From: Candidatus Caldarchaeum sp.
Lineage (GTDB): Archaea > Thermoproteota > Nitrososphaeria_A > Caldarchaeales > Caldarchaeaceae
Assembly: GCA_038831915.1 (NCBI GenBank)
Contig: JAWBKB010000002.1
Coordinates: forward strand, 73,746 to 137,745
Direction: 5' to 3'
DNA: 64,000 bases
The notes beneath the pieces are model-generated. The model was not told the origin of the DNA, ran no database searches, and was given only the letters and a program-made list of their open reading frames with translations. Of this stretch, positions 45,725 through 54,429 are shown piece after piece. A program made the position numbers and the translations under genes. Positions within the stretch are counted from its first letter, which is position 1. The number at the start of each line of letters is the position of its first letter.

Positions 45725-46528
45725 CTAAACCTTAATGACCTCCACGTTCAATTCTTCAATCTGCTTTAAAAGCTGGGTCCGGTGTTCAGATTTTAGCCCA
45801 TCCCAATCAATAAGAGCCGTTCGGGGCTTCTCTATTGTTCTTTCGAAAGCCTGTGATATCATTCGTGATGTCATGGGAAAATGATGTTTGGATGCAACAT
45901 GTCCAACGCCGAATTCCCCATCCTGTAACGCTTTGACGATGTCCCGTGCGTAGTGGCCGCCGCCGAATCCAACAGCGTGTCTGGACGGTTTTTTGACTTT
46001 TTGAAAGCAGACATCGGCAACTGTTTGGGCGACTGCTTCGGCCATTTGGTCGTTACGCCACTCTTTTTCCGAACAACCTATCTCTACAAAAATCAAAGGC
46101 TTTTCAGAAAATGGGCCGTGATGAGTGGCCTCCATTCCGACTTCTAACCCACGCAACCCGACTGATTGAGCGGCATGCAGTCCAGCGGTGAACGCTTGAT
46201 AAACAGCCGCTGCGGACGTCATCGAAAGCATTTCCGGCCTTCCGCCGAACAAGGCTGAATTTCCCCAGTTCCCAGTAGAATGTACGAGCAAACAGGGCTG
46301 CCCAGATTCCGAAACATGTTTAGAAGGCACAACTATCAGGTCGCCTTCGACCTGTGAAACTTGGTCATCGGCTGTCAGCATCGAGCCCTGTACGCAGAAA
46401 ATTTTAACATCTCGGTTGACGTAAACGTTTTCCATGTCGGTTTGACGCCAACCGAAGTTTTCCACGAGTTTATGCAAAATATTGACCGCGGCGATGTCCT
46501 GCAGCGAAAGCATCACAACCGGCTTCAT
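45725..46528 (-). CDS. dtdA: archaeal-type D-aminoacyl-tRNA deacylase DtdA
   Basis: EATHHGP, FVEIGCSEKEW and GFGGGHYA motifs. Probable start MKPVVML (46528). The ORF is open to 46597. Confidence 0.85.
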   Translation of the reverse strand: MKPVVMLSLQDIAAVNILHKLVENFGWRQTDMENVYVNRDVKIFCVQGSMLTADDQVSQVEGDLIVVPSKHVSESGQPCLLVHSTGNWGNSALFGGRPEMLSMTSAAAVYQAFTAGLHAAQSVGLRGLEVGMEATHHGPFSEKPLIFVEIGCSEKEWRNDQMAEAVAQTVADVCFQKVKKPSRHAVGFGGGHYARDIVKALQDGEFGVGHVASKHHFPMTSRMISQAFERTIEKPRTALIDWDGLKSEHRTQLLKQIEELNVEVIKV

Positions 46529-46565
46529 CACGTTTTTAAAAAGGTAGCAGGTATTAAAAACATCT

Positions 46566-47408
46566 ATGCAATCCGGCCTTAGGCCGATAAACGCCATCCT
46601 ATTGTCGGGATACGAAGTTCAGCAAATTTTGGCCCAGAAGTCAAACGATGTCTCGCTAGACCTCGGTATGTCCTTGACGAAAGTTTTCGTGACTGAGGCC
46701 GGGGTGCAGGTGGGAGAAAAATTGTTGAGCTGGGATGTTTTGCACTCCATGTCGGAAAGACCGGAGGACGTGTATCTGATAGGTGAAAAAATTTCGAAGC
46801 TTGCTTGGTTCGACCGGTCATACTACAGGTTGGTCGTGCCTGGCTTCCGTCAGCCACCGACCGTTGAAATTAACGGAATAAGAATGCATCGCACAGTCGA
46901 CATATCCCCTTTGGATGACGCAAAGGCAAAGGTTTCGCTGTTTGATGAGCTTTTGGGAAAAACCGTTCTCGATATCTGCACAGGCCTTGGATACACGGCG
47001 ATTAGTGAAATTGGAAGAGGAGCTGAGAAAGTCGTAACAGTTGAACACGATGTCAACGTGCTAAGGATGGCGGCTTACAACCCTTGGTCGAGGGCTCTTT
47101 TTCAGCCGAAAATTGATATCGTCGTAGATGACGTTGTACGCTATTTGGAAAAATGCGACGTCGCTTTCGACGCCGTGATGCATGACCCACCAACCTACAA
47201 AATAGCAGGCCACCTCTATTCAATGGAATTGTACACAGCAGTATACAACGTGATGCGAAGAGGAGCTGTCCTCGTCCATTACGTCGGCCAACCCGGAATA
47301 AAAAGGGGTGTTCAATTTTACCGAGGAGTTTTAAACCGGCTGCGCAAAGCTGGGTTCAAACCGATTTACATTCCGGAAGTTCAGTGTGTGAAAGCATTTA
47401 AGTTGTAA
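46566..47408 (+). CDS. class I SAM-dependent methyltransferase (COG2521-like archaeal type)
   Basis: 280 aa. Motif I VLDICTGLGYTA and MHDPPTY. Confidence 0.7.
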   Translation: MQSGLRPINAILLSGYEVQQILAQKSNDVSLDLGMSLTKVFVTEAGVQVGEKLLSWDVLHSMSERPEDVYLIGEKISKLAWFDRSYYRLVVPGFRQPPTVEINGIRMHRTVDISPLDDAKAKVSLFDELLGKTVLDICTGLGYTAISEIGRGAEKVVTVEHDVNVLRMAAYNPWSRALFQPKIDIVVDDVVRYLEKCDVAFDAVMHDPPTYKIAGHLYSMELYTAVYNVMRRGAVLVHYVGQPGIKRGVQFYRGVLNRLRKAGFKPIYIPEVQCVKAFKL

Positions 47409-47427
47409 CTGAGATGATGGTTTTTCG

Positions 47428-49056
47428 TTGACTGAAGCTGGGCGGCGTCAAATCGGGTTGGGCACTTGGATTGACAAGCTGGCGTTCGAAATAGTTGAAA
47501 GGGAGCAGCGGCTCGGTCGTAGTTTGGATAAAATCATAACGGAAGCTGGAATCGCTGCCTCGGGGTTTGTTCACATCGGCAGCTTATCCGACTCCATTCG
47601 TGCTTACGCCGTTTCACTTGCTTTGAGGAACCTCGGCTACAACTCGGAGATGATTCAATTCGCGGACGACATGGACGGGCTTCGAAGCGTTCCCGCAGAA
47701 ATCCCAGCAGAATTTGAAAAACATCTCCTCAAGCCAGTTTCTTTGATACCCGACCCTTTCAAATGCCATGACTCATACGCTGAACACATGGAAAATCAAC
47801 TGCTCGACGCTCTCGCCCAAACCGGTGTCGATGCAAAACTTTACCGTGGATATATCATTTACAAAGAGGGGAGGCTCGCGAACGAAATTGCGAAAATCCT
47901 CACCCATGCGAAAACTATCGGAGAAAAGATTGCCGAACTAACCAGTCAGAAAAAATTCCTCGAATCACTTCCATACTTCCCCCTGTGTGCATCATGCGGT
48001 CGTATCTACACAACCTACGCACAATCCTTCAACCCTCAAACAAATAAGGTGTATTATGTTTGCAAAGGTGTTTCGATTAAGAAGCGTTGGTTTGAAGGAT
48101 GTGGATACGAGGGAGAAGCTGATATCAGAAAAGCTGACGGCAAGCTTTCTTGGAAGGTTGAATGGGCGGCGCGGTGGGCTGGGTTGGATGTTAGGTTCGA
48201 AGCCTATGGTAAAGATTTAGCTGCCTCGGTGATGGTCAACGACTGGGTTTGTGAAAACATTCTTGGATTTCCACCACCGATGCACGTCCAGTACGAGCTA
48301 TTTCTTGACGCGTCCAAGAGAAAGATTTCCAAATCACGCGGCGTATCGGTTTTCACACCTAGTGAATGGCTCAAATATGGAACCCCTCAAAGCCTCGTGC
48401 TTCTCTTTCTCAAAAGAATCAAAGGAACACGCGTCATATCACCGTCACTCATCCCCGCCTTGATGAACGAATTAGACAGGTTGGCTGAACAACATTACAG
48501 AGGCGAAGGAGACCCTAGAAAGACCAACCTGTATCTATACGCTTACCTCCTCAACCCGCCTCCGAAAAAACCCGCAACCGCGCCCTACGAGCTTCTACTA
48601 TTTCTAGCGTCCATCGCACCCGCGGGGAAGGAGTATGAGTTCGTCACATCGCGGCTCAGGAAGTACGGATATCAGGTCGACGAAGAACTTTCGAAACGTG
48701 TTCAGTTGGCGATAAACTATTACAAAGCTTTTGGAAGGCCTCCGGCCGCGGCTCTTACGTTGGAGGAGCCTTTACGAACCGCGGTTGAAGAAGTTGCTGA
48801 AGCAGTAATTCATTCGGAAACACCGGAAATGCTTCAATTAAAAGTGTTCGAAACGGCGCGTCGTCACCAAATCAAGCCCGCGACTCTTTTCCAAAATCTA
48901 TACAAAGTTCTCATTGGGCATGAAAGCGGGCCGAAATTCGCTCCCTTTGTTTTCGAAGACATCGGTGTGCAGAAGGCTTACGAAATTTTGAAAACCGCGG
49001 CCTCACAAGGCTTAAATACGTCTACATCCAATAAAAGACACCCAAAACAAGAGTGA
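47428..49056 (+). CDS. lysK: lysine--tRNA ligase, class I
   Basis: 542 aa. HIGS (HIGH-type) and KISKSRG (KMSKS-type) motifs. Cys-rich insertion CASCG..CKG. Confidence 0.92.
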   Translation: MTEAGRRQIGLGTWIDKLAFEIVEREQRLGRSLDKIITEAGIAASGFVHIGSLSDSIRAYAVSLALRNLGYNSEMIQFADDMDGLRSVPAEIPAEFEKHLLKPVSLIPDPFKCHDSYAEHMENQLLDALAQTGVDAKLYRGYIIYKEGRLANEIAKILTHAKTIGEKIAELTSQKKFLESLPYFPLCASCGRIYTTYAQSFNPQTNKVYYVCKGVSIKKRWFEGCGYEGEADIRKADGKLSWKVEWAARWAGLDVRFEAYGKDLAASVMVNDWVCENILGFPPPMHVQYELFLDASKRKISKSRGVSVFTPSEWLKYGTPQSLVLLFLKRIKGTRVISPSLIPALMNELDRLAEQHYRGEGDPRKTNLYLYAYLLNPPPKKPATAPYELLLFLASIAPAGKEYEFVTSRLRKYGYQVDEELSKRVQLAINYYKAFGRPPAAALTLEEPLRTAVEEVAEAVIHSETPEMLQLKVFETARRHQIKPATLFQNLYKVLIGHESGPKFAPFVFEDIGVQKAYEILKTAASQGLNTSTSNKRHPKQE

Positions 49057-49065
49057 ACACGAAAG

Positions 49066-49494
49066 TTGAGTGAATTGGTAAAGATAGGAAGTCTGACCCC
49101 GCGTTCGCGGGGCGTGAACCTCGTGGCAAAAGTCGTCGAAAAACCAGAGCCTCGCGTTGTTTCATCGCAGTACGACCAAGCCGAACACCGCTTGACAGAG
49201 GCTTTGATAGCTGACGAAACCGGAGCCATAACACTGGTTCTTTGGGATGACAACATCGACCTTGTAAACGAAGGCGACTCTGTTAAAGTGACGAACGGCT
49301 TCATCAAATTGTTCCGCGGAAAAATGCAGCTTAACCTCGGAAGGTTCGGCAGAATCGAGCAAAGCGATGTGCTGATATCAGAGGTTAATACCGAGAACAA
49401 CCTTTCGCAGAAAGAAAGCTATTCATCCGAGGAGAGGCCTCGGAGGAGTAGTTTTAGGTCGAGAGGCTTCCAAAGAGGCAGACGGTTTACGTAG
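49066..49494 (+). CDS. ssb: single-OB-fold ssDNA-binding protein with a basic RG/RS-rich tail
   Basis: 142 aa. OB core (VNLVAKVVE..EALIADETGAITLVLWDD..VKVTNGFIKLFRGKMQLNLG) and tail RPRRSSFRSRGFQRGRRFT. Confidence 0.75.
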   Translation: MSELVKIGSLTPRSRGVNLVAKVVEKPEPRVVSSQYDQAEHRLTEALIADETGAITLVLWDDNIDLVNEGDSVKVTNGFIKLFRGKMQLNLGRFGRIEQSDVLISEVNTENNLSQKESYSSEERPRRSSFRSRGFQRGRRFT

Positions 49495-50758
49495 ACTGTT
49501 CAGGCTCCACCAATAACAAACCATCTTCTTTTCCCACAACCTTTATTCTCTGATTTTCAGAGACAGATTTAACAGCTTTCGCCCTCCAATATTCCCCATC
49601 TACGAACACGTACCCTTCCTTGCCAGCTTCGATGGGCTCAGCCGCTCTCCCGAATTTCAACTCAGGTTGTATCGGTTTTTTCCGCTGAACTTTGAAGGAT
49701 TTGTACATTAAGAAGCTGAAGAAACCTGCGAGAAACAAAGCTATCAGAACGACGCTTGTCTGGAAAGAAGTAAACCATTCCTGTGCGACGAAAGCTGGAG
49801 CCGGTGAATATCCCCCGAGAAGTATGATGCCGACCGTCAGCGAAACGAGGCCGCTGACACCGATCACGCCGAATCCCGGAGACAGAATTTCGTAGAGCAG
49901 TAGAACAGCCCCTAGAAAGGCGAGAAAAGCCCCCGCTATGTTTATGTTCAGGCCTTGGCCGATTAGGCCGAGAACGATCATCAATCCGCCTACAATTTCT
50001 CCGCCCCATCCTGGCGAAGATAAGCCAACCAAAAGCATCAAAATTCCAATTGATATTAACAGGCTGGACACAAGAGGGTCTGAAATAGCCGAAACGACCG
50101 CAGCAGTCAGGCCGACCTCTTTCCTTTCCACCCGCGCATTGCTCAGTCTAAGAATTTTCTCACCTTCGAGCCTTTTCACAACCTTTCCATCGGCCAGCTT
50201 CAACAATTCATCGATATCCACCGCAACGGCCTCAATCAACCCTGATTCGTATGCTGATAAAGGATTGAAGTTTTTGTTCTCTGTGACGATTTTAATCGCT
50301 TCTTCACGATTTCTGCCATGCGTTTCCGCCAAAGTCCCCATTTTCTCCGCGAAGAAATTCAAAACCTTGCTGTCGGTAACCGGCTCACCGCCTGCAATAG
50401 GCTGCGCTGAACCAATTACCGTGCCCGGAGCCATGGCTGCGAAATCAGTTGCTAACAGGATATATGTTCCAGCGGAAAGCGCCTTGCCCCCTGGGGGATA
50501 AACGAAGCCGATGGTTGCAACTGGCGCCCTTTGAAGCGCCTCAACTATTCGTAACATCGCGTCCGCGCTTCCGCCAAGGGTATTCAAAGTAATCAACAGC
50601 GCCGAATATTTTGCTGAAGAGGAGACGGCTTCCTCAACATACAAAACGGTGCCAGAAGATATGTATCCGTCTATACTAATCCACAGAACCGACGGCTGTT
50701 CAGCGTTAATCACAAGGAGAAAAAATCCGAGGAAAATCAGTAGCGCGCCTATCTTCAT
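49487..50758 (-). CDS. NfeD-family membrane-bound serine protease (long form)
   Basis: 423 aa. Signal/TM, ClpP-like domain (LNTLGGSADAM..ALSAGTYI), multi-TM block and a C-terminal OB (VDGEYWRAK). Confidence 0.85.
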   Translation of the reverse strand: MKIGALLIFLGFFLLVINAEQPSVLWISIDGYISSGTVLYVEEAVSSSAKYSALLITLNTLGGSADAMLRIVEALQRAPVATIGFVYPPGGKALSAGTYILLATDFAAMAPGTVIGSAQPIAGGEPVTDSKVLNFFAEKMGTLAETHGRNREEAIKIVTENKNFNPLSAYESGLIEAVAVDIDELLKLADGKVVKRLEGEKILRLSNARVERKEVGLTAAVVSAISDPLVSSLLISIGILMLLVGLSSPGWGGEIVGGLMIVLGLIGQGLNINIAGAFLAFLGAVLLLYEILSPGFGVIGVSGLVSLTVGIILLGGYSPAPAFVAQEWFTSFQTSVVLIALFLAGFFSFLMYKSFKVQRKKPIQPELKFGRAAEPIEAGKEGYVFVDGEYWRAKAVKSVSENQRIKVVGKEDGLLLVEPEQST

Positions 50759-51570
50759 GTTTTTTTCTGTGCCACAAGCCCAAGTAATGTTGCGAGGTCT
50801 TTGGTTGCCGATTCTGTGACTACTATCATGTTCTTCTCTCTCGCGATTTCACCCCAGGTCTGAAGTTCTCGGAGACGTAGCGCTATCGGGTGTGCGGCAT
50901 AATAATCTGCGGCTTGAGCCATTTTTTCAGCGGCCATCAACTCACCCTCAGCAGCGATGATTCTGCTTCTTCTTTCTCTTTCTGCTTCCGCCTGCTTCGC
51001 GATGGCCCGCTGCATCATTTCCGGAATAACGACGTCCCGTAACGCAACCGTTGTCACTTTAATTCCCCACGGAGCTGTTGCTTCATCAAGTATTTGCTGA
51101 ATTCGTTTGTTTAATTCTTCGCGTCGGGTGAGCAGGTCATCCAATTCAACCTGCCCAATAACGTCTCTTAGAGTTGTTTGAGCAAGAAGAGTCGAAGCCA
51201 TAAAGTAATCCTTAACCTTAACTACGGCCATTTCAGGGTCTGTGACGCGGAAATAAACGATGGCGTCCACATCAACGGTTACGTTGTCCTTGGTGATGAT
51301 ACGTTGTTTTGGAACGTCGAAAGTAACCAGCCTCAAGTCGATGATTCTTTTCCGGTCGATTACTGGAAGTATTATAACTAACCCCGGGCCTTTGACTCCT
51401 AGAAGTCTGCCCAGCCGGAAGATTACAGCTCTTTCATATTCTGTCACAATCTTGATGGATGATGACAATATAATTAGCAAAAGCAATATTAGGAAAAACA
51501 GTGGAATCGCTACATCGGGCGCAAAAAGCAACGAAATTGGGATTTGATAAAAACTCAGAGGGAACGACAT
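50755..51570 (-). CDS. SPFH/band-7 stomatin-family protein
   Basis: 271 aa. N-terminal TM, EYERAVIFRLGR, and a coiled-coil AEAERE region. 4-nt overlap with nfeD. Confidence 0.92.
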   Translation of the reverse strand: MSFPLSFYQIPISLLFAPDVAIPLFFLILLLLIILSSSIKIVTEYERAVIFRLGRLLGVKGPGLVIILPVIDRKRIIDLRLVTFDVPKQRIITKDNVTVDVDAIVYFRVTDPEMAVVKVKDYFMASTLLAQTTLRDVIGQVELDDLLTRREELNKRIQQILDEATAPWGIKVTTVALRDVVIPEMMQRAIAKQAEAERERRSRIIAAEGELMAAEKMAQAADYYAAHPIALRLRELQTWGEIAREKNMIVVTESATKDLATLLGLVAQKKT

Positions 51571-51682
51571 CTCAGCAGTTTTAGTATTGTCCGCTTTTTA
51601 TTTAAGCATATATTACCTAAACCTTACCGTGATACTGTCGCTGTCTATGTTCGAACATTTTCTAAACCAGCTCGCGCGTTAT

Positions 51683-51692
51683 AGCTTATATC
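51683..51692 (+). promoter_or_regulatory. TATA box region (AGCTTATATC) about 30 nt upstream of the 51719 ATG
   Basis: Shares the AGCTTATA core seen near 2668 and 44340. Confidence 0.45.
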
Positions 51693-51696
51693 ACTG

Positions 51697-51713
51697 CTCG
51701 TTGATTTAACGAG
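51697..51713. promoter_or_regulatory. perfect 6-5-6 palindrome CTCGTT-GATTT-AACGAG between the TATA box and the start codon (operator-like)
   Basis: Read directly. Covers the expected transcription start of a leaderless or short-leader mRNA. Confidence 0.4.
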
Positions 51714-51718
51714 AAGAC

Positions 51719-53149
51719 ATGGAAGGCGCCAAGAACAGCGCTGAAAACATCGAGTCACTTGAACAACAATACGATGTCCAAGGGCTCTCGGAAGCTTTGA
51801 AAAAAGCTGGAATCGAGATTTCACAGCTGAAAAAGTATCTGAAAGCGGCCGCCAGGCTTCGCGAACTCGAAAAACAATACGGCAAATCCTATCAGGTTCT
51901 TCTTCGAGAATACGAGAAGAAGTTCCGTGAAAGCGTTAAGCTTGAATACAATATCAGTGAACTGCTGGAGAAAAGGAAACGCATCGAAGAAGATTTGAAA
52001 GTTTACATGGAGCAGCAGAAGCTCACTCTGGAAACCATTAACAAAGTTGCTTCGGTTCTTCAGACGCTCCAAAAATATTCGATAGACGTCGGTGATATTG
52101 AGAAGTTAGCGAAAGTCGCGGAGAAAATAGCTGCTACAGGAATGGACTTTAAGCAATTGTTTGAAACTTTTTCAAAGCTTGAGGATGCCGAGTCTAGGCT
52201 CGCCGAGGCTGACAAGAGGCTCGCAGAAACTGTTGAGAAACTTCGAAAAGCCGAAGAAGAGCTGCAGTCTCGCGTTCGGTTGATTCAAGAAGTGGCACAA
52301 TGGTGGCCTGAAATCGAGAGCATCGCCGAAGTCAGAACCAAGCTTGCGAGAGAGAAAGCCGAGCTCGAATTAAAGCTTGAAGAGACCAAACAGAAACTCG
52401 AATCGCTCACATCGCAGTACGAGGCGATTTTAGGGTTCAAGGTAAACTCGGAACAGATTGTAAGAATGATCGAGGAGAAAAAGAACGAGTTGAACAGGCT
52501 TGAGGAAGAGGTGGTGCGTAAGAAAGAGACGCTTCAAATTCTAGACGAAGAGCTTGCATCGGCGAGGTCTCTTCTGGTTCTCTTGCAGAACCCTGAACTT
52601 GTTAAAAAAGATGATTTGGAAGCATTGTCGCGGCAATTCGCCAACCTTGCTAACATCAAATCAGGAGTTATGCCGTCCTTGAAAGCTTTGGAACCCTCTC
52701 TCATGGAGAATGTGCGGAAGCGTGTGGTCGAGCTCGTGATGCCTGTCATCAGAATGGAGCTTGTCCCTCGATGGGTTTTTGAAAAGCTGGAAAAAGAGTT
52801 CAAAGATATTGTGGCTAAGAAGGTGCAGCTAGAAGAGGAGCTGGAAAAAATCAGGAACGAGCTAGGTCAGAACAAGTCGTCGAAGACTTCCGTCTTCGAA
52901 CAGCCGCCTGTTCAGCAGCCGAAACAGTTTCGGCTTTTGAAGAAAGGCGTCATGTTAACATCTGACAGCGGGGTAAGAATTAGGCTTAAGTGCATTTACT
53001 GTCAAAATTCGACTCTTATGATGTTACCGGTAAAAGAGGATTTGGCAGCAGCCGCTTCAAAGGATTTGCTTGTTACTTCATGCAGCTACTGCGGTAAAGA
53101 AATATCGGTTGACCCTACGACTTTGATTGACAGATTCTTCAAGGGGTGA
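51719..53149 (+). CDS. hypothetical long coiled-coil protein with a C-terminal CxxC..CxxC zinc ribbon
   Basis: 476 aa. About 400 aa of E/K/L/Q-rich heptad-like sequence and no Walker motif. C-terminus is CIYC-(about 26 aa)-CSYC. Confidence 0.6.
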   Translation: MEGAKNSAENIESLEQQYDVQGLSEALKKAGIEISQLKKYLKAAARLRELEKQYGKSYQVLLREYEKKFRESVKLEYNISELLEKRKRIEEDLKVYMEQQKLTLETINKVASVLQTLQKYSIDVGDIEKLAKVAEKIAATGMDFKQLFETFSKLEDAESRLAEADKRLAETVEKLRKAEEELQSRVRLIQEVAQWWPEIESIAEVRTKLAREKAELELKLEETKQKLESLTSQYEAILGFKVNSEQIVRMIEEKKNELNRLEEEVVRKKETLQILDEELASARSLLVLLQNPELVKKDDLEALSRQFANLANIKSGVMPSLKALEPSLMENVRKRVVELVMPVIRMELVPRWVFEKLEKEFKDIVAKKVQLEEELEKIRNELGQNKSSKTSVFEQPPVQQPKQFRLLKKGVMLTSDSGVRIRLKCIYCQNSTLMMLPVKEDLAAAASKDLLVTSCSYCGKEISVDPTTLIDRFFKG

Positions 53150-53155
53150 ATTTCC

Positions 53156-53530
53156 ATGAAGAAACTTAACCCTATCGTTCAGATGCTTAAATGGAAAACC
53201 AGACTTTTGTCCCACGACGAAATCATACAGATACTTTCAGCTATCGGAACGATTGAGCACAACCCGTTCACGTTAACTGAACTTACTGAGAAGCTTCCGG
53301 AGTCGATTTCGCGAAACGAAAGCAAACGACGCAGTGTTTCGACTTTTCTGTCGAACTTGGTTGAGCTCGGCTACCTTATAAAACCGTCTGAGAGAAAGTG
53401 GCTGAAAACCGCCGCGACTCTCAGCGTATACCTAAGCCCTTTGCTGATAGAGTTGAACGACTTGGAAAAACATTCGGTTCAATCCGAGAAGAAAGAGAAG
53501 AAGGTTATCCAGCTCGAGGATAGAAGATAG
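53156..53530 (+). CDS. hypothetical small winged-helix-like protein
   Basis: 124 aa. FTLTELTEKLPESISRNESKRRSVSTFLSNLVELGYLIK resembles an HTH plus wing. 6-nt gap upstream and 0-nt gap to hjc. Confidence 0.5.
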   Translation: MKKLNPIVQMLKWKTRLLSHDEIIQILSAIGTIEHNPFTLTELTEKLPESISRNESKRRSVSTFLSNLVELGYLIKPSERKWLKTAATLSVYLSPLLIELNDLEKHSVQSEKKEKKVIQLEDRR

Positions 53531-53956
53531 ATGCCGCGAAAGCCTTCGAACCCGAGCTCTCCAAAATACAAGGCGAGGCTGGGCTACGAAGGAGAATATG
53601 GTTTGTTGAAGCGTTTTATCGAAGTTGGTGAGAAAGGGTTTTACGCGGTTAGAACTCCAGGAAGCGGGACCGGCAAGCTGCCAAAGCCTGACGTTATAGC
53701 GGTTGACCAAGGAGAGTTGCTCGCCATCGAGGTGAAGAGCAGCAGCAAGAACTACGCGTCGCTGTCGGCTGAACAGGTAAGACGTTTGAGGGAATTTGGT
53801 GAAAGGTTTGAGGTGAAATGTCCCCACTGTGGCGGAACATTCAAACCGAGGCAGGTTGTTGCAGTGAGATTCGTCGGCCGGGGTTGGAAATTCTACGATT
53901 TAACCGATTATCCATCAGGGCAGGGGTTTACGGTGAAATGGGAGAATGATGGTTGA
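53531..53956 (+). CDS. hjc: Holliday junction resolvase Hjc
   Basis: 141 aa. GYEGEY..GFYAVRTPGSG..PDVIAV..LLAIEVK..AVRFVGRGWKF aligns with archaeal Hjc catalytic E/D/E-x-K residues. Has a short CPHC-containing insertion. Confidence 0.85.
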   Translation: MPRKPSNPSSPKYKARLGYEGEYGLLKRFIEVGEKGFYAVRTPGSGTGKLPKPDVIAVDQGELLAIEVKSSSKNYASLSAEQVRRLREFGERFEVKCPHCGGTFKPRQVVAVRFVGRGWKFYDLTDYPSGQGFTVKWENDG

Positions 53957-54392
53957 CGAGCTTGACCTCAAAATTTTACACGAGCTTTACAGGGATGGCC
54001 GCGCGGCTTTCGCCGACATAGCACGAAAACTAGGCGTGAGCGAGAACACCGTCCGCTTTAGGTATAAGAGAATGCTGGAAGAGGGTGTGATCCGACGCAT
54101 CACTGTTCTGGTTGACCATACTAAGCTCGGCCTCAACAATTCCGCAGCCTTGATGCTAAAAATCGAGCCAACAGAGATACAGCACGTTCTCGAAGAGCTG
54201 AAAGCGATGCGCGAAGTTTACAACATTTACCAACTTTCGGGAGACTATGACGCTATAGCAGTCGTGGTTGGAAGAGATTTGGATCATATCCGCGAAATAG
54301 TCGAAAATGTCAAGAAAATCAAGGGAGTTTCAGCTGTCAACACGCTGATAACGCTACGTGTCGTCAAAACGGAAAACCGTTACGACATCTAA
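53946..54392 (+). CDS. Lrp/AsnC-family transcriptional regulator
   Basis: 148 aa. LDLKILHELYRDGRAAFADIARKLGVSENTVRFRYKRM HTH plus a RAM domain. Confidence 0.9.
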   Translation: MMVDELDLKILHELYRDGRAAFADIARKLGVSENTVRFRYKRMLEEGVIRRITVLVDHTKLGLNNSAALMLKIEPTEIQHVLEELKAMREVYNIYQLSGDYDAIAVVVGRDLDHIREIVENVKKIKGVSAVNTLITLRVVKTENRYDI

Positions 54393-54429
54393 AGCATACG
54401 GCTAAATTGCCGGAAAGCCGTCCGTTCCC

